A DNA stretch of 49,275 bases, the filler included, from Catajapyx aquilonaris (taxonomy: Eukaryota), in assembly GCA_000934665.2 (NCBI GenBank). It is 3 parts of 3 records of this genome, joined end to end, with 100 filler letters (N's around TTAATTAATTAA, not from the genome) between each part and the next. Parts side by side here need not be neighbours in the genome. Positions count along the whole stretch, not along the records: positions 16,467 to 32,823 come from JYFJ02007223.1; positions 32,924 to 49,275 come from JYFJ02007224.1; 1 more part is not named here. One strand, written 5' to 3'. Made by a program: the position numbers and the translations under genes. Below the pieces are notes generated by a model that searched no databases, was not told where the DNA came from, and saw nothing but the letters and a program-made list of their open reading frames with translations. Of the stretch, positions 23,976 through 34,518 are shown one piece after another (within the stretch, counting starts at the first letter, position 1; each line of letters begins with the position of its first letter).

Positions 23976-25931
23976 ATGAAGCTGCTGGTGTGCATCGCTG
24001 TTCACCTGTCACTCACCTGCATCGTTGCAGAGGTGACAGTACGTCAAATGGGTGGCCATCAGCTGTCCCTGGTGACCTCCCTCATTGCCAGAATACACCG
24101 TGAGAGAAACGACTGTCTCCTGGTGCTGGGTCACGATTACGAGGTCATCCCGGATGCCATCAACGACCTAGTCAGGAACATTACAAGCGGAGGAGGACTG
24201 GTTACTCCTGTTCGTTGGTCCGAGTCTACGATACTTCCATCGCCCAACCCAAACCGTGACGGCAACTTTGAGTACTGGTTCTCATGGATGGAGAGGCCCA
24301 CTGCCCAATGGCTGACCAACGGCGGCTTCTTCGTGATGATCTACCACAAAGGTCACTTCCAGCAGGTCATGAGGTACATGGCCAGTCTGGTCAGGACTGA
24401 CCCCAGGTCAGACCGGTACCTGTACTACAGCCCCGACTCGGACATCTCTGAAGATATGCTGAACATTGACTACCAATTCCTGTTCCAAGTGGGACTAGTC
24501 CAAGAGGATCCGGACACCATCGGCATTGTCAACAACTGTCATTTCTGCGACAATAAAGGACAGGCCAAGGTTATCCAGAGGGGCAAGTACAACAGCCAAT
24601 CGGGACTGAGTCCAAATGACCTGGAGATTTTCCCTGATTACTCCAGCAATCTCAATGGAAGATATATCAACATCACTTTCTCTGTTGGTTCGACCAAAGC
24701 CGACATTGAATACTTTCTGGAAAACGACATGCCCGTGTTTCCTTATCTGAGACAGCACCACGCAGCTTCTGAACTATTCAACTTTGACTTCCACGTCGAG
24801 GCTCCTGTGGAAGAAGCTGGTCTCGACGCGATTTTGCCTGATGGGAACTGGACAGGCCTCATCGGACCTCAACAAAGAAGAGAGTCGGACATAGGGGCAT
24901 GTCTTTGCACCAGTGATGTGATGGCTGTCATAGATCCGGTCACTTGTTTCTACTCGACGACAATAACTCTTGCTACCAGGATGCCTCGACCTCTGTACAC
25001 CTGGGGAGCCATAGCCAAGCCTTTCACACCCGACATGTGGGGAGCAATATTGGCAACAGCAACAGTGGTCAGCTGTTTCTTCTACTTTCTCCTAAAAGTA
25101 GAGTACATCATTGGAAGTCCTTTTCCTCTAGAAGCAACCCCTCCAACTCACCTCTCCTTGTACTCTCTCCGGTTCTCATTTTCTGCCCTGATTGAAGAAA
25201 ACCCAAATCTGATCCCAACAGTCGACTCGCTGAAGGTTTTGCTGTGCTTTTACTGGCTGTTTTGCGACCTGATTGTCCTGGCTTACGAGGCCATGTACTT
25301 CGGATTCATGGTGTCTCCAGCACTGGAGCCTCTGCCCAAGAGCTTGAAGGAGATGGTGGACTGGCCCAACTGGAAGTGGGACACCATGGACTATGTGACG
25401 GACTCGACCAACATGCTGACGGAGTTTTCAGAGGAAGGGTACATCAAGAAGTTGAGGGCCGGGATGCAAGGAGGTAGCGACATGACCGGATGCATGGTGA
25501 GGACGATTGAAGAGGACTTCAGCTGCCTGGCCTTCGATCAGATCCTGGACGCCTTGTCCTGGCAGTTTATCGACTTGGAAGGAAACCGTCCTATCCAAAC
25601 AGTGCCGGACTCTGCCTTGTGGATCACTGCTGGAATGTCGACACCAAAATATTCAATTCTGCTCCACGCATTGAAACGGTACGAGCTGGCCCACGTCAAG
25701 GGAAACTTGTACGGCCCCTGGACCGCCGAATTTGCATACTTAATTTCTCTGATGGCCCTGAGAGATGCCAGGGCAAAGAACCTGTCCTACACACCTTCCA
25801 TGGCTCTCAACATCAGTCAGTTGAAGGCTCCATTTACCATCCTCGCAACTTTCCTCGCCATTGCTTTCTTCGTCTTTATTGGTGAAATCGTCAGATTCAG
25901 TTTGGACAAAAAGAAGAAACAGTGCAAGTAA
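23976..25931 (+). CDS. Divergent ionotropic receptor, intronless, copy 2 (tandem paralog)
   Basis: 651-aa ORF with the same architecture, collinear with copy 1. The N-terminal part is near-identical. Confidence 0.92.
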   Translation: MKLLVCIAVHLSLTCIVAEVTVRQMGGHQLSLVTSLIARIHRERNDCLLVLGHDYEVIPDAINDLVRNITSGGGLVTPVRWSESTILPSPNPNRDGNFEYWFSWMERPTAQWLTNGGFFVMIYHKGHFQQVMRYMASLVRTDPRSDRYLYYSPDSDISEDMLNIDYQFLFQVGLVQEDPDTIGIVNNCHFCDNKGQAKVIQRGKYNSQSGLSPNDLEIFPDYSSNLNGRYINITFSVGSTKADIEYFLENDMPVFPYLRQHHAASELFNFDFHVEAPVEEAGLDAILPDGNWTGLIGPQQRRESDIGACLCTSDVMAVIDPVTCFYSTTITLATRMPRPLYTWGAIAKPFTPDMWGAILATATVVSCFFYFLLKVEYIIGSPFPLEATPPTHLSLYSLRFSFSALIEENPNLIPTVDSLKVLLCFYWLFCDLIVLAYEAMYFGFMVSPALEPLPKSLKEMVDWPNWKWDTMDYVTDSTNMLTEFSEEGYIKKLRAGMQGGSDMTGCMVRTIEEDFSCLAFDQILDALSWQFIDLEGNRPIQTVPDSALWITAGMSTPKYSILLHALKRYELAHVKGNLYGPWTAEFAYLISLMALRDARAKNLSYTPSMALNISQLKAPFTILATFLAIAFFVFIGEIVRFSLDKKKKQCK

Positions 25932-26596
25932 TTTATTTAAGCATTTTGCCTCTCTCTCACTACAATATTGTGTGAGGGAAGTGTTCACTCGTGTTAAATT
26001 CAGACATGAAAGTAATAGCATAATTATATTGTCGTGGAAGTACGGGAAAGTATGTATCTATACCCAAGTTCTTTACAATATAGTTTAGTTACAAATAGCC
26101 CACCTCCCACAGTTATTTTACACACAGTCATGTCCTTGTAGGTATATCATTATGTGAAGCACAGATCTTGTCCTAATAATGCGATGTAAAAATATTGTAG
26201 TAAATTTGCCTATTAAGCAAGAATAAAATGGTTTAAACATGGGCATGGTATAACCACTTATGTCACTGGCAGAAGAAGTACCTACCGAAGATTTTTCACG
26301 TGGGACCTTTATTACATAAGCCTTTATTACATAAACACTCTGTCACTTTGGTGAGGACAGTGAGGAAAGCTTTTTTCATAATAGACTTATTCACTGACTT
26401 TACACAAATACTGTAGTAGTGTAGTTCAAATTAAGGTAATTTGCATGTGTTTTATGATGCGCGCGGACTTCGCCATCCAGGTAGATGATCCGGAGTGGGT
26501 GGCATCTCTCATTATTGGAATAGTGTTTTTGATTGCACGGGCAAAGTGCAGAGCATTGCAATTAGATTGATCCAGTGAAGGAAAATAAACTGCAGT

Positions 26597-27600
26597 GGAT
26601 TGAACGTAGCGGTTACATTGGATACCTGTTTGTTATATCAACTAGGCGTCAACAATAGTAGCTACGATTTGAGAAATAACTGTTAAACAGTTTTGTGATC
26701 GCAAGTGGATCAGACGAAATTTGTAAAGGCTCCTATCGGATTCACTCATTCTGCCGTCTATAGTTGCCTGCAACTTCATCCTTCACAGCTACTCATCTGA
26801 CTTGCAAGGTAAGGTGTCACAAAAATTATTAAATTCACCCAGTCATCTCTTCTGGTGTTTTCAATATTATTTATTATTGAGACACCCTATTACCTGTCTC
26901 CTACCACCATCGCGTATTGTACTGTATGAATAGCATTGGACAGTGGTTATGACTTCAATAAATTATATCCGGGAGGTTGGGGGTATCAGTTAATTATAAT
27001 TAAGTTAATCCTTTAATTTCATGAAGCAGATGACAGGCGTGGGAATGATTAATAATTTCAATTAATACAGTATACCTCATACAGTAGATAGTAGGCTAGA
27101 TACTGTACATGTTCATACAAGATTGGATTAGGCGACAATGACGAGGATTGAACGTAGCGGTTACATTGGATACCTGTTTATTCTAGCAACTAGTGTCAAC
27201 AACAGTGTGGCTATGGCTACATCTGTAAATAATAACTATTAGTCGCTTTTGTGATCGCTGGTTGATCGGACGCAACTTTTGAGGTCTCCGCTCGGTTTCG
27301 ATCATTCTTCCGTCTAATTGCCTACCACCTTATCTATCATAACAGCTCAACACTCCTGTAAGGTAAGGTGTCACAATATCCATCCACTCACCTCTTTGGG
27401 TATTATTGTTCAATAATTATTGGCTCTCCAGCCCCACCTGTCCACATCCATCACCACGTAATGAATTATACTAGAGTTGTTATATGCCTTGAATAAATAT
27501 CTGGGAGGATGGGGATATCAGTTTAATAATAATTAGATTCATTAGTTATTTTGATTAAAAATCCGTTAATAATTGACGATGGCAGATGGGGGACGCTTTA
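26597..27600 (+). repeat. Tandem duplication (~550-bp unit) of the putative GTSF1 promoter and first non-coding exon
   Basis: GGATTGAACGTAGCGGTTACATTGGATACCTGTTT at ~26597 and ~27145. Each unit has an AAG|GTAAGGTGTCACAA donor (~26808, ~27363). Homologous to the single unit at ~17940-18200 upstream of copy A. Confidence 0.75.
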
Positions 27601-28552
27601 ACTCTGCTGTATTTAAATGCGGATCATACTTTCATGCTCATTCATGATTGGATTTGGATACATTGTGGCCCGCCCAGTTAAATTTGAAGTAGCGTAAAAT
27701 TATTATGGCTAAATTTTACATTAGTCTAGGCTCAAGCAATAATATACATCAACAAATCGCTGTTACTACTCAACGCAACAAGTAAGATCATATAACAATA
27801 CTTCAGATCGTGGCTCCATTCTTGCTAAAATGCAACCGAGTGCACATCCATATGGCATGACTAGTCTTGCATTTACTGACCGTAAAGCATTACATCCAAT
27901 TAAAATGAAATCGATCATCATTGAAATCTGGGTTTATCGGACCCCAGCCGAATATACCACATCGCTACTGTTGAAGGCACTATGTTGCCTTTGGAATTTA
28001 CTTTGATTGACGAGTAAAATTATTTGTTCAAACAATGATTCTGACGTCACAAAGAGCAACTATGTTCTTCTAAGGTGTCAACAGTGATACTGATAATAAT
28101 CAAAGCCTTGAGCTGTCAGTAGCATTAAATTTTGGAATGTGAAACACCATATAAAAATCGCAATATAGATATCACCATACGTGTCAAAATATTAAAATTA
28201 AGGCGACAAAAATTCGAAAAAGGTTCAGTATCGACCAATAACAATGAAAGTTGCAATCTTCATTCAATTATCTCTAAGTGACACTAATGAATCTCTGTTT
28301 CATGCTCCATATTTAATTGATATCTTCTAAGCTAATAAGCCAGATATAATAGCATTTCTCGAACCATCTCCATGCGTAAGTACGTATGATCCAACGGAAC
28401 TGTCAGTAAAGATGTGCCATCAGCAAACATTTTACAAATTATTAGCTCTACTCTGAAAAATAATATAAGGCCTACTAATGACACGCACGAACTTAATGAT
28501 TAAAAATCTCAGATCCCAACAGATATCGGCAGCTCAAAGCAGCGACAGCGAC

Positions 28553-29624
28553 ATGTCTTCGACTGTAGGAAGCGACTCGGAGAGTGGAGTTTCTGTCTCA
28601 ACATACACTCTAGCCGATGGGGAAGTTTTGTTTGTCTGTCCGTACGACAGGAGGCACAGAATATTGGGCACCAAGTTTGGTAACCACCTTTCTAAATGTC
28701 GTGGTATGCACCCAAACTCTGGCCTGGAAGTCTGTATCTGGAACGCAATCCACCACCTCCCTGCAGCAGACATGAGGAGCCACGAGAACACGTGCCCCGA
28801 CCGTCCCCCTAAGATCTTCCTTGGTGAGTGTCCAGTTCACAGGGGGAGACACACATTCTGTCCACTGCAGTGTGGTTCAGAGAGGTTGCTGATGGCATGG
28901 TTTCTGCAATGGTATCAACACAAAATGGTCCATCTGATTCTCTCATCCTCCTACTTTGTTTTTAGATGACATAATTGCACCGGGTGCTAGTGCCTCGAAG
29001 GACAGTTTTGACATGGGGCATGGGGCAGGGTGGGACAACGAGGAAGGTGGGACCTACGACCTCACCCAGAAGCTTCTGAGCCAGCATTTGTTGATGTAAG
29101 TTCATCTCTTGCATTGCAGTTTGATCGGTTCATATCACATGCAACCTGATATTAGTACTGATCATTTCCGATGCCCTTCTTTAACCAAAGTAATGCAACT
29201 GAATTATTATTTTGCACGATAACAAGTGCATCAGAGGTTTGAAAGTCGATAATATTGTGGTTTGTTGTTTCAGCGTGCCACATTGCAGGACGAATTCAGC
29301 GCGTATTGCATACAGTAAGAATGATGCAAGAGGAGCTATACAAGCGAAGCAGGTAGGTTGATCCAATGGTTATAACATGGATCAACATCCAAGTCAGTAG
29401 TAACAAAATTCCTTTCCAGGTCAACTGTTGAGGTTCATCCTATTCATCCACCTGCTTCAGCCGATATGCAAGCCATCATGACCAGTGGAAATCTCAGCCT
29501 ACCTCGCTATCCAAGCCTTCCTGGACACAAACATCTGGTAGCCAAGGCACTGGTGTCAGGGAAGAACGAGAAGGGCAAGAAGACTGCGAAAGGCAAGAAG
29601 AATCATGGCAGCTCTCAACACTAG
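28553..29624 (+). CDS. GTSF1: GTSF1/Asterix-like protein, copy B (apparent +1 frameshift in exon 3)
   Basis: Exons 28553-28823, 28966-29095, 29274-29352 and 29420-29624. Fingers CPYDRRH...NHLSKC and CIWNAIHH...HENTCPDR; GWDNEEGGTYDL motif. The last exon is homologous to copy A (TSGNLSLPRYPSLPGHKHLVAKA). Exon 3 is 79 nt versus 75 nt in copy A, which breaks the phase. Confidence 0.82.
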
Positions 29625-30170
29625 ACTGATGTTTTCAGATGAATTCTTGGGACTTTCATCCCGTGATCGTTTGCGTTTCAGAGAAAATTCTCCTTATTAT
29701 TTGCAAATGATACTTCCTTAAGTTGAAGGAATTGGCACACCAAAGATTTCTTACATTTTGGCACAGATTCTGCTACATTCCCCGAAAGGACTGCAAAAAT
29801 TCGTTAAGCCTATCTTTACTATGAAGAAAAATCGTTCTTGCACCAACCATATGGAATCAATGGCTTTAGAAAGTGCAGTATGTGCAATGATGTAAAAAAT
29901 GTGAATTGTAGTGATGTTATGAAATGTTTCGTATGTCATAGCCTAATTCTTATGGAAATAACAATTATTGTTGTGAACACTTTTCTCTCTCTCTCTCTCT
30001 CTTTATTTTCTATCATTTATAATTAAATTAACAGCCAGACATGCTCAAAATATAACTTGCAGAACACCAGTTACAGTGACAGCTAATATTTCAGCGAAGT
30101 CCACCGTGCTTGTTGGCGATATTGTTGTCTCTTAACACTTGAGTGGTATGAAAATGGCATGTTGCATGTT

Positions 30171-30948
30171 TCACAGTATGTTGAATGGCTTCTCATCAGT
30201 ATGGGTCCTCATGTGAACAACGAGCCCATTCTTCTGCCTGAAGGACCTGTCACATTCTAGACATTTGTAAGGTCTCTCACCAGTATGGGTCCTCATGTGA
30301 TAAACTAGCCCACTCTTCTGCAAGTACGACTTGTCGCACTCTTCACATTTGTACGGCCTCTCACCAGTATGGGTCCTCATGTGAACAACTAGCCCATGTT
30401 TCTGCCTGAATGACTTGTCACACTCTGGACAGTTGAATGGTTTCTCCCCAGTATGGGTCCTCATGTGAACAACTAGCACTCCCTTCTGCGTGAATGACTT
30501 GCCACAAGGACAGTAGTGTGGTTTTTCCCGAGTATGAATTCTCATATGTTCAGCTGCCTTATTCTTCTGTATGAATGACTGGTCACACTCTGGACATTTA
30601 TATGGTCTCTCACCAGTATGGTTGCTCATGTGAACAACGAGCTTGTCCTTCTGTGCGAACGACTTGCCACACTCTTCACATTTGTATGGCCTCTCACCAG
30701 TGTGACTTCTACAGTGCATGGTGCCAAGTGGATCTTCAACTCCTTCTGCGATGTTTGGCGCATCCAACAACATTTCCTCATCTTCTTCAGTCTTCACCTC
30801 CACTTCTCCAATGTCCAACTCATCTTCTTCATCACCATCTTGCTCTTGAACTGGTGAGAACCTTTCTTGCTTAATCGTGGTAGTGGCCTGTTCCGCAACA
30901 TCATAAACATCTCTGGTTTCCTCCTTCACCTTGGGATGAATATGAAAT
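30171..30948 (-). CDS. C2H2 zinc-finger protein exon (about 6 intact fingers), possibly decaying; upstream exon not identified
   Basis: Acceptor TTCCCAG| then an acidic VKEE/IKQE/VKTE...EDPL region and HTGE(R/K)P-linked fingers. The first finger has lost its Cys half. A last finger (YCETCNMPF) lies out of frame after the stop. Confidence 0.85.
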
Positions 30949-31832
30949 CTGGGAAATACAAACAGACACATCATAGTACGTATTAGGATTGGTGCACAAA
31001 ATGGTTAAGCAGTAGGCCAAGGAACATCATTGTTGCTCTGCCAATTAATAACATAAAAACCTATGGCCGTTCAGGCTTTTCATGGGCTGCCTATACTGTC
31101 AGTTAAGGTTCGAGGTTGGCAAAGTCGCAATAACGTTCGTTGGCCTGAGGTGCACGAGGACCGCATTGTTGGCGCATTCAGCACCCACAATAAGCGTCTA
31201 GCTTGATTTTACTCGCATTGAACTATAAAAATCCTGCAGGGTGACCAACCATGCCTGGCAGGGCAACAGCAAAGAAACTACTGTGGCGGTAACATAAATC
31301 CATACAGCATCATCAACATATAGGGGAACTTCATCTCTGCAGCAGCATTCTTAATTGGAGATTATGCGACCAGCCATACCTGTTGTCGTTACCCACAATT
31401 GCGGTGTAGTCCAATCTCCAAGCCTCCATTGCCTTTGTATACTCTTGAGTGTGAGCCACAGCAGCTCTCGTTCACCACAATCACTCTCTTATTATTCTGC
31501 TTCTTAACTACCACACATTAACTTCTTAGGACTCACGCAGAAGTTCCAAACAACCCCCCAAATCTCCATGCCAACCATCAATGAAAATGAGAAGAAAATG
31601 TTGGCAACAATGAAACTTCATTTGTAAATAATTCAAGTCCCAGCATTTTGTTAATATCAAAAATGTTAACCATTAATTTCTATCATCTGCAGTTTTTTTA
31701 GTAATTGGCGTTTTCATGGTATCAAAAAAAAATTGTTAATGTGCCAAAATCAATATTGAGTAGTGATTTTTATTTCCTGTCCACACTTGCCGCATAGTAA
31801 ATAGCTGGAAATCGCAAGAAACGCCTCTTGAG

Positions 31833-32222
31833 TTATGAAAATATCTCTTGCTCGTACGTCTTGCAGCCGAGGCCACTGCAGCCAGGTTGGTCGCCGTGTC
31901 TTTTGTCGCAGGAGCAGTAGTACCACGTGATGGTGAAGACGGCCGCGGATCCCTGAGGCTGCGGAGGCTGGTTCTGTCCCTCGTCGTCGTCGTCGTCGTC
32001 CTGGTCCTCGTCGTAGTCGTTGTCATTTCTGATTGTACTTCCCACGCTCAATAAGTCATCGTCCTCGTCATCGTCCTCGTCATCGTCGTTGTCGTTGTCG
32101 TCATTGCTGATTGTACTTCCCACGCTCAATAAGTCATCCTCGTCGCCCTCGTCCTGGTTGTTGTGACCGACGCATCTCAGAAACACCTTCAGCCCCCTGT
32201 ATCTCTTGTACTTGCTGAAGAC
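31833..32222 (-). other. Asp-rich ORF/exon with internal 69-nt duplication; possible SWIM-type transposon protein fragment
   Basis: Acceptor TTGCAG|. DDLLSVGSTI occurs twice, followed by ITWYYCSC, reminiscent of the YYCxC SWIM start in some arthropod DNA-transposon proteins. The rest of the SWIM motif is not clear. Confidence 0.3.
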
Positions 32223-32436
32223 CTGCAACGAGAAACTTAGCTCAGTCAGTTTGTCCGCTTGGTTATCCGGTGTGGGTCTTCATCTCCGCTCGGCTAGGTT
32301 CATGTACAGTAGTACCACTATCCCTGGCACGACCCTGAGAGTGGCAGGAGGTGCCAGGAATGATGTGCCACCTATGTGAAAGGTATGGTACTCTGTGGGG
32401 TATGGTACAATCGGGGAGTCCGGGCAGTCCTCTCGC

Positions 32437-32823
32437 TTTCGTATAATATACGTCGTTTCGTATATACGTTTCGTAATATACGTCGTTTCGTATATACGTT
32501 TCGTAATATACGTCGTTTCGCATATACGTTTCGTAATATACGTCGTTTCGCATATACGTTTCGTAATATACGTCGTTTCGTATATACGTTTCGTAATATA
32601 CGTCGTTTCGTATATACGTTTCGTAATATACGTCGTTTCGTATATACGTTAAGTAATATACGTCGTTTCGTATATACATTTCGTCGAAACGTATATACGA
32701 AACGACATATATTACGAAACGCGTAAGCGAAACGACGTATATTATACGAAACGTATATGCTAAGTAATATACGTCGTTTCGTATATACATTTCGTCGAAA
32801 CGTATATACGAAACGACATATAT
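32437..32823. repeat. CpG-rich 30-bp minisatellite with inverted units
   Basis: Unit TTTCGTAATATACGTCGTTTCGTATATACG repeated about 8 times, then reverse-complement units (CGTATATACGAAACGAC...) from ~32685. Runs into the contig end. Confidence 0.95.
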
Positions 32824-32923
32824 NNNNNNNNNNNNNNNNNNNNNNNNNNNNNNNNNNNNNNNNNNNNTTAATTAATTAANNNNNNNNNNNNNNNNNNNNN
32901 NNNNNNNNNNNNNNNNNNNNNNN
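32824..32923. other. Artificial contig spacer
   Basis: 44 N + TTAATTAATTAA + 44 N, identical to 16367-16466. Confidence 0.97.
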
Positions 32924-32943
32924 AGCAGCAGCAGCACATCAGT

Positions 32944-33001
32944 CAACGGTCCTTTTCAGGACCAGCATTACAAACGGCCCTTTTCAGGGCCAACACGAGA
33001 T
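32944..33001 (+). promoter_or_regulatory. Two tandem replication-dependent histone mRNA 3' stem-loops (SLBP sites) with a possible downstream purine-rich element
   Basis: CAAC-GGTCCT TTTC AGGACC-A (32948-32963) and AAAC-GGCCCT TTTC AGGGCC-A (32976-32991). Both fit the 6-bp stem/UUUC loop histone consensus with the usual A/C-rich 5' flank. GAGAT follows at 32997-33001. No histone CDS on this contig. Confidence 0.8.
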
Positions 33002-33090
33002 TCCGTAAAGGGTCACTAAAATCGTACGTGTCGTAATGCAGGCTACTACACGATTGCAAAAAAACTGAAGACGTGTTCTTAATAATTATA

Positions 33091-33784
33091 GGTGCAGATA
33101 AGATCCTGAAGGTTTGGAACACTTACTATGGAAAGTTTGAGAGGACCATTACTGGTCATAGGTTGGGAATATCAGACGTGGCCTGGTCTATAGCCACAGC
33201 CGCCTGCTATTGTCACTGCCTCGGACAACAAGACCCTGATGATATGGGGAATCGAGCTCGGTAAGAAACATTTACTTTGAAGGAACACTGTAATAAACAT
33301 ACCAAAAATAATGAGTCTGAGAATTACAGGCGTCATGCTTTACAGCGTGTCGCTTAGTTAATTACATAGGTCTGCTAATATGGTCCTTTCAATTATTATT
33401 AATTTGCATTAATTTTGGCAATTTCTGTCCATTTGTTTTGCAGAATTTTGCTAAGATGGCCCTTTCAAATGTCAATTTTTATCGCTTTTAGCACTTTGTG
33501 GTGCTTTGTTTTAGAATTTTGCCAGTACGGTGCCTTCGATTATTATTAATTTTGGCACTTTCTGTTCCTTTGTTTTACAGGATTTTGCTAATGTGGACAG
33601 AACATCGGTAAGTATAGTAGGTCACATCTGTGGACTTGTAATATTATACAGCATTGTCTGAATACAAATTAAAGATATTTTCAGATGTGGTGCTATGCAT
33701 TGCTTGCCATCCCACCTAGAACATCATCGCATCAGCAGCTCTGGAGAAAGACAGGACCATAAAGCTATGGAAGAGTTATATCTA
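33091..33784 (+). pseudogene. WDR5: WDR5 (will die slowly) pseudogene fragment 1
   Basis: Exon 33091-33260 reads [32 protein letters not shown] (WDR5 [32 protein letters not shown]), then frameshifts. The terminal exon ~33685-33784 reads [30 protein letters not shown] with an internal TAG. Intervening exons are absent. Confidence 0.88.
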
Positions 33785-34124
33785 GCCATAGTCGTTTTAA
33801 ACAATGCTACAGGGTGTCCCACAGGTCTGGACCCATTCCTATTGCATTATTGCACACATTGTATACCACATCGCTGTATACGTAGCATTATATACTACAA
33901 CAATGTAATAAACAGACTTTGTGGGACACCCTGTAGTTCATTGTTCCTTATGTTCGCTCATTACGATATCGCCCCTGCGCAAAGCTCATTTTGTGTTTTA
34001 TGTGTTGCAATAAATATAAGCATCCATTTTACTGTGTATTGTCCATTATATTGTGGGCAGCATTGTCCATTTTTTATTTGTACCAGACGAAATTCAAATA
34101 ATCGCGCCTTCATTTTAAATTCTC

Positions 34125-34420
34125 ACTAGGAAAACCCTCGCTCCGCTCGTATTTTCCTAGGGCGCTGGCCTAGAAAACCGCTCGCTTCGCTCGCTCTTTT
34201 CTAGGCCTGCGGCCTACAGTGCCCACCATATTTTCAATCGCTTCGGACTTATATTGCCAGTGATGATGCCAATCACATCCACACCCCCCACCCTCACCCG
34301 TTCCTCCGTGCATTCACATATCCGTGATTCCCTATCCTGCGACCAATCTGCAATCCCACCTTTGCATTGGCTGGGAAATATGCATTTGCCCACCTCAACA
34401 TACCCATACCTTTGCAATTT
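34125..34420 (-). mobile_element. Helitron 3' end region (two stacked CTAG termini with hairpins)
   Basis: Minus-strand GCGAGCGAAGCGAGCGGTTTTCTAG and CGAGCGGAGCGAGGGTTTTCCTAG|T. Begins exactly where homology between the two WDR5 3' regions stops. 5' limit uncertain. Confidence 0.6.
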
Positions 34421-34442
34421 AAAAAAAAAAAAAACAAAAAAA

Positions 34443-34517
<75 letters not shown>

Positions 34518-34518
34518 G
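34443..34518. repeat. (ATT)n microsatellite
   Basis: About 25 perfect ATT units. Confidence 0.98.

Noticed and set aside
32437..32823. CRISPR-like array
   Set aside because: The units are contiguous with no unique spacers, there are no cas genes and the context is eukaryotic; it is a minisatellite. The YIRNDVYYET ORFs are by-products.
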